58,254 nucleotides of DNA from a virus (taxonomy: Duplodnaviria > Caudoviricetes). Where the stretch lies: positions 1 through 58,254 of the IMG/VR virus record IMGVR_UViG_3300020235_001162. The stretch is one strand, 5' to 3'. Positions 27,778-37,481 of this stretch are shown here, in pieces. The notes below the pieces were generated by a model, which was not told the origin of the DNA, did not search any database, and worked only from the letters and a program-made list of their open reading frames with translations. The position numbers and the translations under genes are program-made. Position 1 is the stretch's first letter. Each line of letters opens with the position of its first letter.

Positions 27778-30002
27778 TACGTCTTGCCTCTACCTGCGGG
27801 TATTAGCTCATACTCCAGAGCTTGGATGGCTACCTGCCCAGCTGAGTTGCTCTTGATCCTGATCACAGCCTCCCGTGGATCGGTCGCCATGGCAACATCC
27901 AGCGATCCGGTTTCCAGACTGGCCTGTCCAACTTTAGCAACCCCGACGCGATGTGCCTGCCATGATTTCGTGTGGAGCTTGGTGTGGTTCTTAGTCTGGA
28001 GCCATTCCAGAGTGAAGTCGGTCGAGTCAAAGTAGAAGACCGTCAGGCCCTTCATCGTCTCGCGGGCACCGCTGATCCGGGCGAAGAGCTTGCTCAGCTC
28101 GATCTCCCAGTCGAACGTGAAGCCCAGCCACTGATCTGTCGGCGATGTCCCGCCGGTCAGATCGCCGTCGAATACAGGGTCGCCGTTAGGGTCGATGAAG
28201 ATGGCCCGCCGGAACCCACCGCTCTCGTTCGGGCCACGCACCACCAGCATCGTGGTGTCGATATCGCCGTCCCGCCCGGTGTGGGGGATCGTGGTCTGGT
28301 CGGCGATGATGTCGTAGACCATGCTGCCGACAGTTGCCAACTCCATCCTGTCCATGCGTGGCACATACAGGTCAGGCTCTTCCACCGGCTGGATCCTGTG
28401 GAGGTAGGTCAGAAGACTGAACCCTCCGGAGCTGTTGGCCTGCTGGCTGACCATCTTGATCCGGCTGCCCCACTGCGTGAAGTAGATAGCAGGATCCTTG
28501 AACGTGAACGTACACCACGCCGACTGCACCGTCTGGGCCTGCACAATGAACGTGTCGTGGACCTCGACGGTGCCGTTGTCAAGGACGATGAACACCGTGG
28601 TACCGATCTGGAAGATCCGGACTGGTGTCTTGTTCTCCAACCGTCTCGGATCGTGAACCGTGAGCATGTCGGTGTAGAGAATCGACGGCTCACCAGTACC
28701 ACCCCACTGGTACTGGTGAACGTCGTCGAACTGGTCGATCATGGTGATCAGGCCGGGACCGGCAGCGGGTGCGATGTCCAGCGACGGGTACTTCGTGATT
28801 GTCCGGATCCTGCCGTTGACGTTCGTGAGCTTGTCTTCGCCTGAGCTGTACTCCAGCTGCCCGTTCTCTGCCATGAGGAAGATGGCCTGCCCGACTGTCG
28901 TGGCCCGCAGCACCTCGCCTACGTCATTCTGCGTCACGTCGTCGGAGATACGGTCGGCGTTGGTGATGGCCGACACGTTGTCCACCCAGAGGTTGAAGAA
29001 GTCGTCGTTGCGGCTGGAGGTGACGTGCTTCTCACTGATGAGAAACAGCCGACCGCTGAAGAACTCGACGCTCTTGATGTGGAAGTTGTTGATGTTGGGC
29101 GTCGAGACGTTGAGCAGTGCCCATGGCATCTTCTTGATGGTGGCCGGGCGACCACTGGCCCTCTGCCGCCACGGGCACTCGTCGAGTATCACCCTGTCGT
29201 TGAGGAGGTCGAGGATGATCCGGTGTGGCATGATCGTCGGGTCGTATCGGGCTTGAGCCTGTTCTGCCAGAGGGATCCTGTACCAGTTGTCGTGCCGTGG
29301 GAAGTACCCGTCCTCGTAGAGAGGGGGGCTTTCCCCTTCGAAGAAGACGTAGTACCCGGCGGGGTCGAACCCCTCGTCGAACAGCACCTTGTAGACCTCA
29401 CCGTCTATAGCTTCGGAATCCAGCGGCAGGGCTGTGAAGTTTGTGATGGCCTCGCCGCCGTTCTCTGGCGTCTTATCCATAGCCAAGATTATCGGGGTGG
29501 CGTCTTCATCCCCTTGGGTGATGTAGCTCACTGACTGCTGGTATGTCCATGCGTCGAGGATCACCAGCCCCATGTCCTGCTTGCGGTTGGTCAGGACCAA
29601 GGTGTCGAAGCTGCCGGTCACGTCTATGTCCTTGATGGTGTCGGTGGCCGTATCCAAATAGGCGTCGAACGAGCCTCCGCTGTTGTCCACCACGTCCAGC
29701 GGCTCACCGTTCTCGTCCCACGCGATGACGACCGTGAACGCGGTGATGCCACCCTTGCCGATAGCGAGGATCGCTCCCCGAATGGAAGCGAACTGGTAGG
29801 TGCCGAGGTCGTCGAAGTCGGTGTTCGCGTGATCGAGGAGGTCAATAATCAGCTCAGTCGGCTGACGCTTGACTGCCCCGCCGATCCGAAGATCGAACCG
29901 GGTGTTCTTGGCCGACTCCATGGTGCCGTTTCTGCGTTGCCAAGGAGCCTGTCCACTTACTCCTTGCCAGAGTCTGTCAATGACGATTGGCTGGCCCGGC
30001 AT
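27777..30002 (-). CDS. tail tubular protein B / nozzle (T7 gp12-like)
   Basis: LWQGVSGQAPWQR, GAVKRQPTE, FFSGRLFLI, SRNDDFFNLW, QSAWCTFTF. Confidence 0.9.
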   Translation of the reverse strand: MPGQPIVIDRLWQGVSGQAPWQRRNGTMESAKNTRFDLRIGGAVKRQPTELIIDLLDHANTDFDDLGTYQFASIRGAILAIGKGGITAFTVVIAWDENGEPLDVVDNSGGSFDAYLDTATDTIKDIDVTGSFDTLVLTNRKQDMGLVILDAWTYQQSVSYITQGDEDATPIILAMDKTPENGGEAITNFTALPLDSEAIDGEVYKVLFDEGFDPAGYYVFFEGESPPLYEDGYFPRHDNWYRIPLAEQAQARYDPTIMPHRIILDLLNDRVILDECPWRQRASGRPATIKKMPWALLNVSTPNINNFHIKSVEFFSGRLFLISEKHVTSSRNDDFFNLWVDNVSAITNADRISDDVTQNDVGEVLRATTVGQAIFLMAENGQLEYSSGEDKLTNVNGRIRTITKYPSLDIAPAAGPGLITMIDQFDDVHQYQWGGTGEPSILYTDMLTVHDPRRLENKTPVRIFQIGTTVFIVLDNGTVEVHDTFIVQAQTVQSAWCTFTFKDPAIYFTQWGSRIKMVSQQANSSGGFSLLTYLHRIQPVEEPDLYVPRMDRMELATVGSMVYDIIADQTTIPHTGRDGDIDTTMLVVRGPNESGGFRRAIFIDPNGDPVFDGDLTGGTSPTDQWLGFTFDWEIELSKLFARISGARETMKGLTVFYFDSTDFTLEWLQTKNHTKLHTKSWQAHRVGVAKVGQASLETGSLDVAMATDPREAVIRIKSNSAGQVAIQALEYELIPAGRGKT

Positions 30003-30021
30003 TAGCTACATACCTAACGGG

Positions 30022-30657
30022 TTACGGGAAGACGTGGGACTGGGTTCGCGGATCGAAGCTGCCGGTGGGTGCCGCGTTGCCCCGGAGGCGTAGGGAGAAG
30101 AAGCCGGTGACGTGACCGATGTTGGTGTGGGGGACAGAGTTCTGGTACCGGGTCTTGGCACGCTCGGCCTTGGCCTCCAGCGTCAGGCTCGCGGCCTGAT
30201 GGACCTCGTACCAATACTCGGCGGCGGCCCGCTTGGCAATCCACTGGGCCATGATCTCAGGGATGACTTCGAAGTCGTCGTCGGCCTCGTCGTTGTTGAA
30301 GATGTCAAAGACCACCTCAACATCCTCGACTGCGATGCTTGCATACGTTGGCGGATCGGCGTCGAGATCCCAGACGTAGGTCTTCTCGTCCACCGGGTCG
30401 TACCGGTGGCTGTACTGCCGCTGCTTGAACTTCACAGACAGGAACGTGACCACGTCCACGGCGACCCTGCTGTTGGCTCCTACGGCCAGCTTGACTATGT
30501 CGGTGTTGAAGTGGTGGCCGCTGAGCAGGATCTCGCGACGAGCCCGGATGATCGCCTGTTTGGCGAGTGAGGCGTCCTGCGAGGACTCGTCCAGTTCGTT
30601 GTTCTGCCCTTGCCCGACCTGCCTGAGTACGAGGTTGATTGCGGCGAGCAACTTCAT
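30022..30657 (-). CDS. tail tubular protein A / adaptor (T7 gp11-like)
   Basis: LAAINLVLRQVGQ...ILLSGHHFNT...FEVIPEIMAQWIAKRAA. Confidence 0.88.
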   Translation of the reverse strand: MKLLAAINLVLRQVGQGQNNELDESSQDASLAKQAIIRARREILLSGHHFNTDIVKLAVGANSRVAVDVVTFLSVKFKQRQYSHRYDPVDEKTYVWDLDADPPTYASIAVEDVEVVFDIFNNDEADDDFEVIPEIMAQWIAKRAAAEYWYEVHQAASLTLEAKAERAKTRYQNSVPHTNIGHVTGFFSLRLRGNAAPTGSFDPRTQSHVFP

Positions 30658-30661
30658 GATG

Positions 30662-30696
30662 AAAAAGGCTCTCGCCGGGTTGCCCCGACGAGAACC
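30662..30696 (-). terminator. intrinsic terminator after the major capsid gene
   Basis: GGTTCTCGTCGGG-GCAA-CCCGGCGAGAGCC-TTTTT on the - strand. Confidence 0.8.
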
Positions 30697-30713
30697 CCCG
30701 AAGGAGGAACTGA

Positions 30714-31631
30714 TTACGAACCAGCAGTGTCGCTGACGAGGAGGTAGCAACCCTTGTTCTGGAGGATCTTCAGGCCCATGTGGAGCCTTGCGATGGACAT
30801 CCAGACCTGCTCTCTCTGGATCCAGTCGATGCTGGATTCCAGACCTGTCTGGTGACGCACCGCGAAGGAGTCGTGGTGCCAGAAGATGCCCACGACGGGA
30901 GTGCCGTTGAAAGCAACGGGCAGGTTCTTGTTGGCGTGGCCGGTAGTCCAGTCGATTCCGAAGATGCCACCGACGTTGCGGATCAGGCAGTTCAGGTATT
31001 CCATCCCTGCCATGTTGCCGCCGATGGACTGGTTGACGTTCTGCCCACGGGTGAAGTCAACCGAGACGACCTCGGCGACACCACGCATTGAGTAGAACTG
31101 CTTGGGCTTGAGCAGCCCGAAACGCATGGATGCGGGCACACCGTTGTCATCCATGATGCCCATGAGGGTACTGATCCCATCCTTGACCGCGTCACCAAGG
31201 TTGGCGAGGGTCGCGTAGTCGTCGCTGAACGTCCTTGAGTCGGCGTCCGAGTCGAACATCAGGGTGTTCGCAATCCTGATCGTTCGACCGTAGCCCACGT
31301 CTCGGCCCAGCTGGGCTCCGACCTGTGCGATCAAGTTCAGGTCCGGACGGATGTCCACCTGAGTCTTGAGGATGTCCGAGAAGGACTTGATCGGATCATC
31401 GAGTGCGATCACCTCTGAGGCGATCACGGCACCCTCTGAGTGAGCTGTGCCGTCCACACGGTTCGTCGCTTCGCCTTCCTGAATCACGGGGACATTCAAC
31501 ACTTCTCCAGCTACCTGCCCTTGGAAGACAGACCAGCCAGTGTCAAAGTAGTCCGCGTGCTGGTAGGCCTCCTGCACGCCAATCGCAAAGACTTCCGTCT
31601 CTGTGTTCGTTAGTGTTAGTGGTGCTGCCAT
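30714..31631 (-). CDS. major capsid protein (T7 gp10-like)
   Basis: EVFAIGVQEAY, IALDDPIKS, MDDNGVPASMRFGLLKPKQFY, ARLHMGLKIL; after scaffold, before a terminator. Confidence 0.88.
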   Translation of the reverse strand: MAAPLTLTNTETEVFAIGVQEAYQHADYFDTGWSVFQGQVAGEVLNVPVIQEGEATNRVDGTAHSEGAVIASEVIALDDPIKSFSDILKTQVDIRPDLNLIAQVGAQLGRDVGYGRTIRIANTLMFDSDADSRTFSDDYATLANLGDAVKDGISTLMGIMDDNGVPASMRFGLLKPKQFYSMRGVAEVVSVDFTRGQNVNQSIGGNMAGMEYLNCLIRNVGGIFGIDWTTGHANKNLPVAFNGTPVVGIFWHHDSFAVRHQTGLESSIDWIQREQVWMSIARLHMGLKILQNKGCYLLVSDTAGS

Positions 31632-31741
31632 TGAGATGGCTCCGCAAAGAGTTCGATTCAGGATCGCCCTGATGAACCTTCGCGGTTATCCCAACGGGGT
31701 CCGCTTGAGTTCTCCGTCCGGTTGTCCGACCCGGTTGTCCA

Positions 31742-31756
31742 GTCGCCATTGGCGAC
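31742..31756. repeat. 15-bp palindrome copy 5 (5' UTR of the capsid gene)
   Basis: exact match. Confidence 0.95.
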
Positions 31757-31814
31757 AAGGTCCATGGGGTCCAGAAGGACGGGCTCTGGCTGAGCAACGT
31801 GCCCAACCGTATGT

Positions 31815-31844
31815 ATTCTTAGAAACCCCCACCCAGTTTGTCAA
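31815..31844 (-). promoter_or_regulatory. sigma70-type promoter for the capsid gene
   Basis: TTGACA-17-TAAGAAT. Confidence 0.6.
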
Positions 31845-31910
31845 CCGGGAGGGGACCACGATGTTGCGAGCGGGTAGGGGGGGCCAGAACCACGCTCGCA
31901 ACGAGGTGAC

Positions 31911-32861
31911 TCACATTCCGATGCCGGGCACGACCTCTCCCGCCTGCTTGGCTCGCTGTCGGATCAGGGCGTTCCGCCGTGACTGCTTCTCGCCGGGGTT
32001 GAGAGTCATGTCGTTTTCCACGCCCCGCAGGGCGGCAGCGAACGACGCTCTGTCCTTGAATCCCACCTGATCACCGCCTATGGCTGGTTTGCCGCCGCGT
32101 GGTACGCCACCCATGAATCTGTTTCCTTTCAGGTTGGGCCGGTGGTCGTTGGCCTCAATGGCCTTCTGGTAGTCACCAGCCACCATCTCGACCCATGAGT
32201 AGTTCCCGCGTGCGGACATGGCTTGGAACCCGGCACGCTCCGCCTCGCTGAACCCGCTCTGGCCGTTGCTCATCCAGCCCAGAAGGTCAGAGAAGTCCAC
32301 ACCCTCTGGTGCGGCCTCGGCACCAGCGGTCATCATGCCCTCACGCTTGGTCTTCTTCCACTGGAAGAACTCCAGCAGCTCGTCAGGTGCCACGATGGCT
32401 CCCTGCTTGGCGACAGCCTCCACGAAGTCGTTGGGTACCTCGCCCGTCTCGTAGAAGTTGTCGAGGATCTGGACGTACTCCTCGGTGGTCACCATCAGAT
32501 CACGGGCAGCTGCTGCCGCCCCCTCAGGGGAGGCAGCGGCTTCCTTGAGCTTCTGCTCCAGCTCCTTGTTGCGGGTCTGGGCATCGCCCATGGTCTTCCG
32601 CATCTCCTTGACGCCGTTGAATACCTCGGACCACGTCTTGCCCTCGTACATGTTCAGCTCGGCGGGCAGGGCACCATCAGGTACCTTCGATGCGGGATCG
32701 AACTTCGGGGCAACTGGTGTCGTCTTCGTCGTGTCAACCGCACCCGACGCGGGCTCGCCGCCACCTTCTCCGCCGCCGCCTTCGCCTTCACCGGCTCCAG
32801 CATCACCCCCTCCGCCTTCATCCCCTTCAGGGGACAGCCAGATTGTCTTCAGGAAATCCAT
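31911..32861 (-). CDS. capsid scaffolding protein
   Basis: acidic/Gly-rich N-terminus, MYEGKTWSEV...KEMRK; position between portal and capsid. Confidence 0.75.
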   Translation of the reverse strand: MDFLKTIWLSPEGDEGGGGDAGAGEGEGGGGEGGGEPASGAVDTTKTTPVAPKFDPASKVPDGALPAELNMYEGKTWSEVFNGVKEMRKTMGDAQTRNKELEQKLKEAAASPEGAAAAARDLMVTTEEYVQILDNFYETGEVPNDFVEAVAKQGAIVAPDELLEFFQWKKTKREGMMTAGAEAAPEGVDFSDLLGWMSNGQSGFSEAERAGFQAMSARGNYSWVEMVAGDYQKAIEANDHRPNLKGNRFMGGVPRGGKPAIGGDQVGFKDRASFAAALRGVENDMTLNPGEKQSRRNALIRQRAKQAGEVVPGIGM

Positions 32862-32862
32862 G

Positions 32863-33381
32863 TCAGTTCACCTTCATTGTGTTCAGGTCCAGTTTCTTTT
32901 CCAGCGACCTTGGGAACCCCGCCTTGTGCAGACGTAGAGCAGCGACAAAGAACTCTTTGTTCACCTGCTGGTTCGGCCTGATCTTCTGATAGCGGTCCCA
33001 CTTGTCACGCTCATACGCCGTGTACTCGATGTCCTTGCGGTTCTTGCTGGTGATGCCGTGGAGTTTGACGTATCCAACGGTGCGATGTCTGTCCATCAGA
33101 TCCTCTGGCAGCCCGCAGCCATCGTCCCGATCCTTCTGCTGATCGGCGACCTTCACCCTGCCACCTTGGTTTGCAACCAGAGTGTCAGCGACCTCGGTCA
33201 TGTCGATCTTCGCCGTCCGCTGTTGCTCGGTGTGGTCGAGATCAAGGAGTACATCAGGATCGGAAGGTTCGCCTCCAAGATCCTTGTCCTCGGCGGCCTC
33301 TTCAGCTCTTGCCGCCTGTCTACGGGAGGACTCTGCCGCCATCTCCTGTGCCATAGAGGGCGGTGCTACTTCTTCGGTCAT
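32863..33381 (-). CDS. hypothetical protein
   Basis: 172 aa with AGGAG RBS in the head operon. Confidence 0.75.
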   Translation of the reverse strand: MTEEVAPPSMAQEMAAESSRRQAARAEEAAEDKDLGGEPSDPDVLLDLDHTEQQRTAKIDMTEVADTLVANQGGRVKVADQQKDRDDGCGLPEDLMDRHRTVGYVKLHGITSKNRKDIEYTAYERDKWDRYQKIRPNQQVNKEFFVAALRLHKAGFPRSLEKKLDLNTMKVN

Positions 33382-33391
33382 CTGTCAGCTC

Positions 33392-34927
33392 CTACTGTGC
33401 GGCAGCTGGCTGAGTCTCCGGACCCTGCGGGCCACCTGCTGTGAATGTGTTCCTCTGGGGGGTGGTTTGCTGTCCGTTGGTGCCCATTGCCTGCTGAATT
33501 GGATCGGGTTCTCTTCGGAAGTAGATCCCATCCAGATCCATGAGCATCGTCTCGGCCATCCGGTCGAGGATGGCAATGCCGTCCGCTCCGACCGATGGGT
33601 CGAGCTGCATCGCCAGCGGGAGTGCCCCGGTGACGAACTGGGTGAACGTCCGCTGCTTCTCCAGTGCGTTGACACCGGTCACGACCGTGATCTTGAGGTG
33701 CCCGCCCAGCAGTGCGTTCGTCTCTTCGTCGAACATCGGGCTGCGGGCTTCCAAGATGCTCATCTCGGACTGGAACAGCGGTCGCTGGAACGTCTCCTCC
33801 AGTGCTGACAGGAGATCCTGCGTCTGGCTGTTCAGCTCGTCGATCATCTGGATGACCGCAGTGGCTGAGGTGTCCGGGCTCATGGCCCGGTCCTTGATCC
33901 CCTTGGCGGAGATGGCGGCCAGCTCTGCCTTATCATGCTCAAGGATCCCGCCGATGAACCCCCACTCGCCCAGCTTCTGCTGGCTGGTCACCGCCGGGAA
34001 GGCGTCACCCTCCTGCATGATGACGGGCTCGCCGGTCTTCTTCTTGGTGATCTGGTCGGTGTCGTCAGCTAGTGCCGACCCTTCCTTGATGCCCAGTGGG
34101 TTCCAGCTCGCGAGGCTCATGGCGTCGGCGAGGCTGGCCTCGGCATGGTTGATCGAAGCGATCAGCCTGATGAAGTTGTAGAAGTAGCCGACCGGGTAGT
34201 CGTCTACGTCAGGGAGTTCGCCGACCATGACGAAGTACCGATCGCTCGGCTCATCGATCAGCTCGATGACAGGATCCTCACCGTCCTTGGACGGGTGCTG
34301 GAACCAGACCTCACCCTTGTCGAAGTCCACAAGCGTGTAGCTGATCTGCTCCTTGTTCAGCCGGTCACCAGAGTCCTGCATCTCCTCCGGGTAGGGATCC
34401 CGCACCTGCTTCAGGACGATGTACTCGACCCTGCCGAACTCGTTGCGGCGGACCACAGCCGACCGGAGCGGGAAGATGCGGATGCCATCCTCGGTGTTGT
34501 GACCGATCGTGGTACCCTCGATCAGGTTCCGAGTCAGGGCCATGCCCATGCGGGACCGGATGTTCTTCTGCTTCAGGGACTCGTGGACCTCCTGAGTCCG
34601 CTGCGTGAGGGCATCCCGGAGTGCTTGGATGCCATCCTCGGTTACCTTTATGTTGTCAGGGTCGGCAGCCTGTAGGTCCAGCTCAGTCCAGATGAACTGA
34701 GGGAAGTCGATGCGTGCCCACTGCACCCCGGTGGGGAGCATGAGCTTCATGGTGGCCGATGAGAGGTTCCGGACAGAGGAGGTGCCCTGCGAAGTCCATG
34801 GGCTCTGCTCGATGTCCTCGCCCTTGGGCTTCAGCCAAGGCATCGTCAGCTCAGCGACATCCTCCGCATGATCGAGGAAGTCCTCGCGGTCACTGATCTT
34901 CTCGTCGTAGACGATCTGTGGTTTCAT
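33392..34927 (-). CDS. portal / head-tail connector (T7 gp8-like)
   Basis: AELTMPWL, PWTSQGTSSVRNLSS, RRNEFGRV, LEETFQRPL, ITVVTGVNALEK. Confidence 0.92.
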   Translation of the reverse strand: MKPQIVYDEKISDREDFLDHAEDVAELTMPWLKPKGEDIEQSPWTSQGTSSVRNLSSATMKLMLPTGVQWARIDFPQFIWTELDLQAADPDNIKVTEDGIQALRDALTQRTQEVHESLKQKNIRSRMGMALTRNLIEGTTIGHNTEDGIRIFPLRSAVVRRNEFGRVEYIVLKQVRDPYPEEMQDSGDRLNKEQISYTLVDFDKGEVWFQHPSKDGEDPVIELIDEPSDRYFVMVGELPDVDDYPVGYFYNFIRLIASINHAEASLADAMSLASWNPLGIKEGSALADDTDQITKKKTGEPVIMQEGDAFPAVTSQQKLGEWGFIGGILEHDKAELAAISAKGIKDRAMSPDTSATAVIQMIDELNSQTQDLLSALEETFQRPLFQSEMSILEARSPMFDEETNALLGGHLKITVVTGVNALEKQRTFTQFVTGALPLAMQLDPSVGADGIAILDRMAETMLMDLDGIYFRREPDPIQQAMGTNGQQTTPQRNTFTAGGPQGPETQPAAAQ

Positions 34928-35142
34928 ATCTTGAGGGTCGGAGCCTGCAACTGGATCGGGCCAAGTGTACCCTGCCGCTGGAGGAACGACTCACGCGATT
35001 TCTGGATCTTGACGTTGGCCTCGTTCGCCTCCTTCTGGGCAATGGCTGGATCCGGTGGTCCCGGTGGCTTGTTACGGCCCGACTGGAGCTGAGTCGCCAA
35101 CGACCCTGCGGCCAAGATGATGAATGGGATTGCTTGTGCCAT
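34924..35142 (-). CDS. small virion protein (T7 gp7.3 position)
   Basis: hydrophobic N-terminus, PPGPPDP, basic C-terminus; just upstream of the portal. Confidence 0.6.
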   Translation of the reverse strand: MAQAIPFIILAAGSLATQLQSGRNKPPGPPDPAIAQKEANEANVKIQKSRESFLQRQGTLGPIQLQAPTLKI

Positions 35143-35143
35143 G

Positions 35144-35560
35144 TTAGGCTCCGGATGTCAGGGCCTTGTACAGCCCACGGGGAGTTCGTGCGAGATTAGG
35201 TAACCCCAGCAGTCCGCACGTTGCAGTCACACAATTCATAGCCGAATCATCCAAGCGAAGCAAACCCCATCGCCAAAGCAGTGTGCGGAATCCATCGAAC
35301 TTCCGACCGTCCTCCCACCATGTGACGTGGACTGGTGGCTCGACGCTGACCATCCGAGTGGCAGGCATCACCCTCTGGGCGAGGCGGTGGTTGATGATGA
35401 AGCAGCCCCTTTTAGGGGCACAGTGGTACTGGATGTCCCCCAACCGGAGGCAGCAGTGGTTCTCATTGGGACCGAGGATGGCGAGGAACGCGAGCGTGGA
35501 CACATACCAGCCGAAGGTGCGGTAGATCCTCGCGGCGGCCAGCGGCCCGTAGAACAGCAC
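35144..35560 (-). CDS. permuted papain-like (NlpC/P60-type) peptidase-fold protein
   Basis: NHCCL ... NCVTATC ... TPRGLYKAL (His before Cys); start uncertain. Confidence 0.55.
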   Translation of the reverse strand: MLFYGPLAAARIYRTFGWYVSTLAFLAILGPNENHCCLRLGDIQYHCAPKRGCFIINHRLAQRVMPATRMVSVEPPVHVTWWEDGRKFDGFRTLLWRWGLLRLDDSAMNCVTATCGLLGLPNLARTPRGLYKALTSGA

Positions 35561-35562
35561 CT

Positions 35563-35748
35563 CTAGGGGGCCTTTGATTTCCTCTCCTCGTTGCGATAGC
35601 TGTTCTCGATCTTGCTGATGAAGGCCTTCTTCGAGGACCACGTCTTCCACTTGTTGAACTCCTTTTCCTGATCGGACTCAGTCGGATTCCACTCCGGTGG
35701 GGTTCCCAAGTGCTGCTTCAAATAGGCGATCAAGTGGGGTACGTCCAT
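35563..35748 (-). CDS. small hypothetical protein
   Basis: GGAGAG RBS, MDVPHLIAYLKQ. Confidence 0.65.
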   Translation of the reverse strand: MDVPHLIAYLKQHLGTPPEWNPTESDQEKEFNKWKTWSSKKAFISKIENSYRNEERKSKAP

Positions 35749-36373
35749 CGAACTCTCCATGGCAGGCAGTCGCCATTGGCGACTTGTCCTCGTTCCAGTT
35801 CAGCCACACGAAGCCACGCTTCAGGGCCAGCGGTGACCACGATTTTATCATGGCTATCTCTCGGAGGTGGCCTTTGTTCAGGCTGTTGATCTTCTTCTGG
35901 TACACCTTTGTCTCATAGGCGTAGGGGTTCTTCGGGTCGGACCTGAGGTCCATGCCGCAGAAGATCAGGCAGTTGAAGTGCAGGAATGCCCACTGGATAC
36001 AGAACGTCATCGACCTGTTGAACGACCGCAGCGGGCCGTGCCCGTCGAAGTACTCCCGCTTCTTCTTGGTCTTCCGATCGATCGACTTCAGAGATGAGAT
36101 GTGGACATACTCCACGTTGGGGTACTTGCTCCAGAAGGCGTTGAGGGTGTCTGGCACCACCTTCCTGACCGTCTCGCACCTCGCCGTCTCGTATGCCTTC
36201 TCTCCACCATGGTGGTGGTTGATGTTGTCCGCCGTCACCCAGTAGTTGGGCCGGGGGATCACCCGCACCGTCGTAGACACGGCGGCGACAGGGATGTCCA
36301 TCACAGCTATCTCGTTCAGCCGAAGGGCTAGGCTGGGTCCGCTTCCTGCAATGATGAGAGGCTTGATGTCCAT
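35678..36373 (-). CDS. MptE/Maf-like (DUF115-type) putative glycosyltransferase
   Basis: IIAGSGPSL, YWVTAD, LIFCGMDL motifs. Confidence 0.7.
   Translation of the reverse strand: MDIKPLIIAGSGPSLALRLNEIAVMDIPVAAVSTTVRVIPRPNYWVTADNINHHHGGEKAYETARCETVRKVVPDTLNAFWSKYPNVEYVHISSLKSIDRKTKKKREYFDGHGPLRSFNRSMTFCIQWAFLHFNCLIFCGMDLRSDPKNPYAYETKVYQKKINSLNKGHLREIAMIKSWSPLALKRGFVWLNWNEDKSPMATACHGEFDGRTPLDRLFEAALGNPTGVESD
35769..35783. repeat. 15-bp palindrome copy 6 (inside CDS, SPMAT)
   Basis: exact match, 17-bp palindrome with flanks. Confidence 0.95.
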
Positions 36374-36873
36374 ACGCCCTTCACATCTATGACCGTGCAT
36401 CGTTGGTTGCGGAGGAAATATCTGTACGCGATGGCAGTGCCGATGACGCCTGCATCGACCAGCACTACAGACTTCTCTGGGAAGGTGCGATTGCGGTGTG
36501 TCACAAAGTCATCCCAGTCTTCAATCTTCAGTTGCTCGGTCACAGGGAATGGTGTCGGGATCGGGCCGCTGCCCACCCAGACCACTTCCCGATCTTTCAT
36601 GTATGGCACGAGCCCGTCTCGGAACTCGTCTGCATCGAGGATGTCCCCCTCAACCACTCGCCGGTACCGGGGCGAGACGAGACGATCAAAGAGGTGGCGG
36701 TCCTTGGGGCAGCCCACGAAGTATGAGGCAGCCCGGTAGTTCACCCCCATCATGAGCCATCTCCGGAGGCCGCCACTGTTCGTGGCTATCACCGCCATGG
36801 TTTCGTCGTCGAATTTGGTGAACCCCCACGGTATGCCCGATCTCATCATCTGAATCAGATCACTCGCATTCAT
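36328..36873 (-). CDS. GT-D-fold-like putative glycosyltransferase (possibly degenerate)
   Basis: GFTKFDDE (compare F.RfgDGE), VVLVDAGVIG, TVIDV. Confidence 0.5.
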   Translation of the reverse strand: MNASDLIQMMRSGIPWGFTKFDDETMAVIATNSGGLRRWLMMGVNYRAASYFVGCPKDRHLFDRLVSPRYRRVVEGDILDADEFRDGLVPYMKDREVVWVGSGPIPTPFPVTEQLKIEDWDDFVTHRNRTFPEKSVVLVDAGVIGTAIAYRYFLRNQRCTVIDVKGVWTSSLSSLQEADPA

Positions 36874-36875
36874 CG

Positions 36876-37481
36876 TCAGCTCCTTACATAGATGTCGTCG
36901 CCAGTGGACGTGCAGTGCATGCGGTAGGACTGCTGCTCCATCCACCTGACGATCTTGTTCGCGTGCGGGTTCTTCCAGTGAGGGTGGTGCATCTCGACTG
37001 CGATCACCTTGGGTCTGCTCACCATCCTACTGATGACATGCCAGTCGCACCCCTCGGTATCACTGCTCAGCACATCGATCGTTCCATCGTCGATCATGTC
37101 GAACGTGATTGCGGGCACCGTGAGTAACTTGGCTTTGTGGTGCTTGACTGGGGCATCTGACTCCTCAAGGTGGGCCGTAGGTATGGGGTATGGCCTGAGC
37201 ATGGTCACCAACCCCTCCTTGGCTGCGACGGCCACGTTGTGGATAGTCACGTTGTGCATGCTGCCCCACTTCTTGTTCAGCTCAAGGGCCGCTTCTGGCT
37301 GGGGCTCGACGAGCTGGACCCTCACACCAGCGTCTATGAACTTCGACACATGGCAGAACGCCGGGAGCCACACCCCGACCTCGACCGCGTGCTTCGCATC
37401 CGGGCACAACTCCCACAGCTTCTTCCTCGTCACGTCGTGGTCCGGCGGGGGGTTCGTGTCGCGTCCGGATCGGAATGTCAT
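36876..37481 (-). CDS. FkbM-family SAM-dependent methyltransferase
   Basis: VEVG, LVEP, IHNVAV, IDVLSSDTEGCDWHVI, IAVEMH. Confidence 0.85.
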   Translation of the reverse strand: MTFRSGRDTNPPPDHDVTRKKLWELCPDAKHAVEVGVWLPAFCHVSKFIDAGVRVQLVEPQPEAALELNKKWGSMHNVTIHNVAVAAKEGLVTMLRPYPIPTAHLEESDAPVKHHKAKLLTVPAITFDMIDDGTIDVLSSDTEGCDWHVISRMVSRPKVIAVEMHHPHWKNPHANKIVRWMEQQSYRMHCTSTGDDIYVRS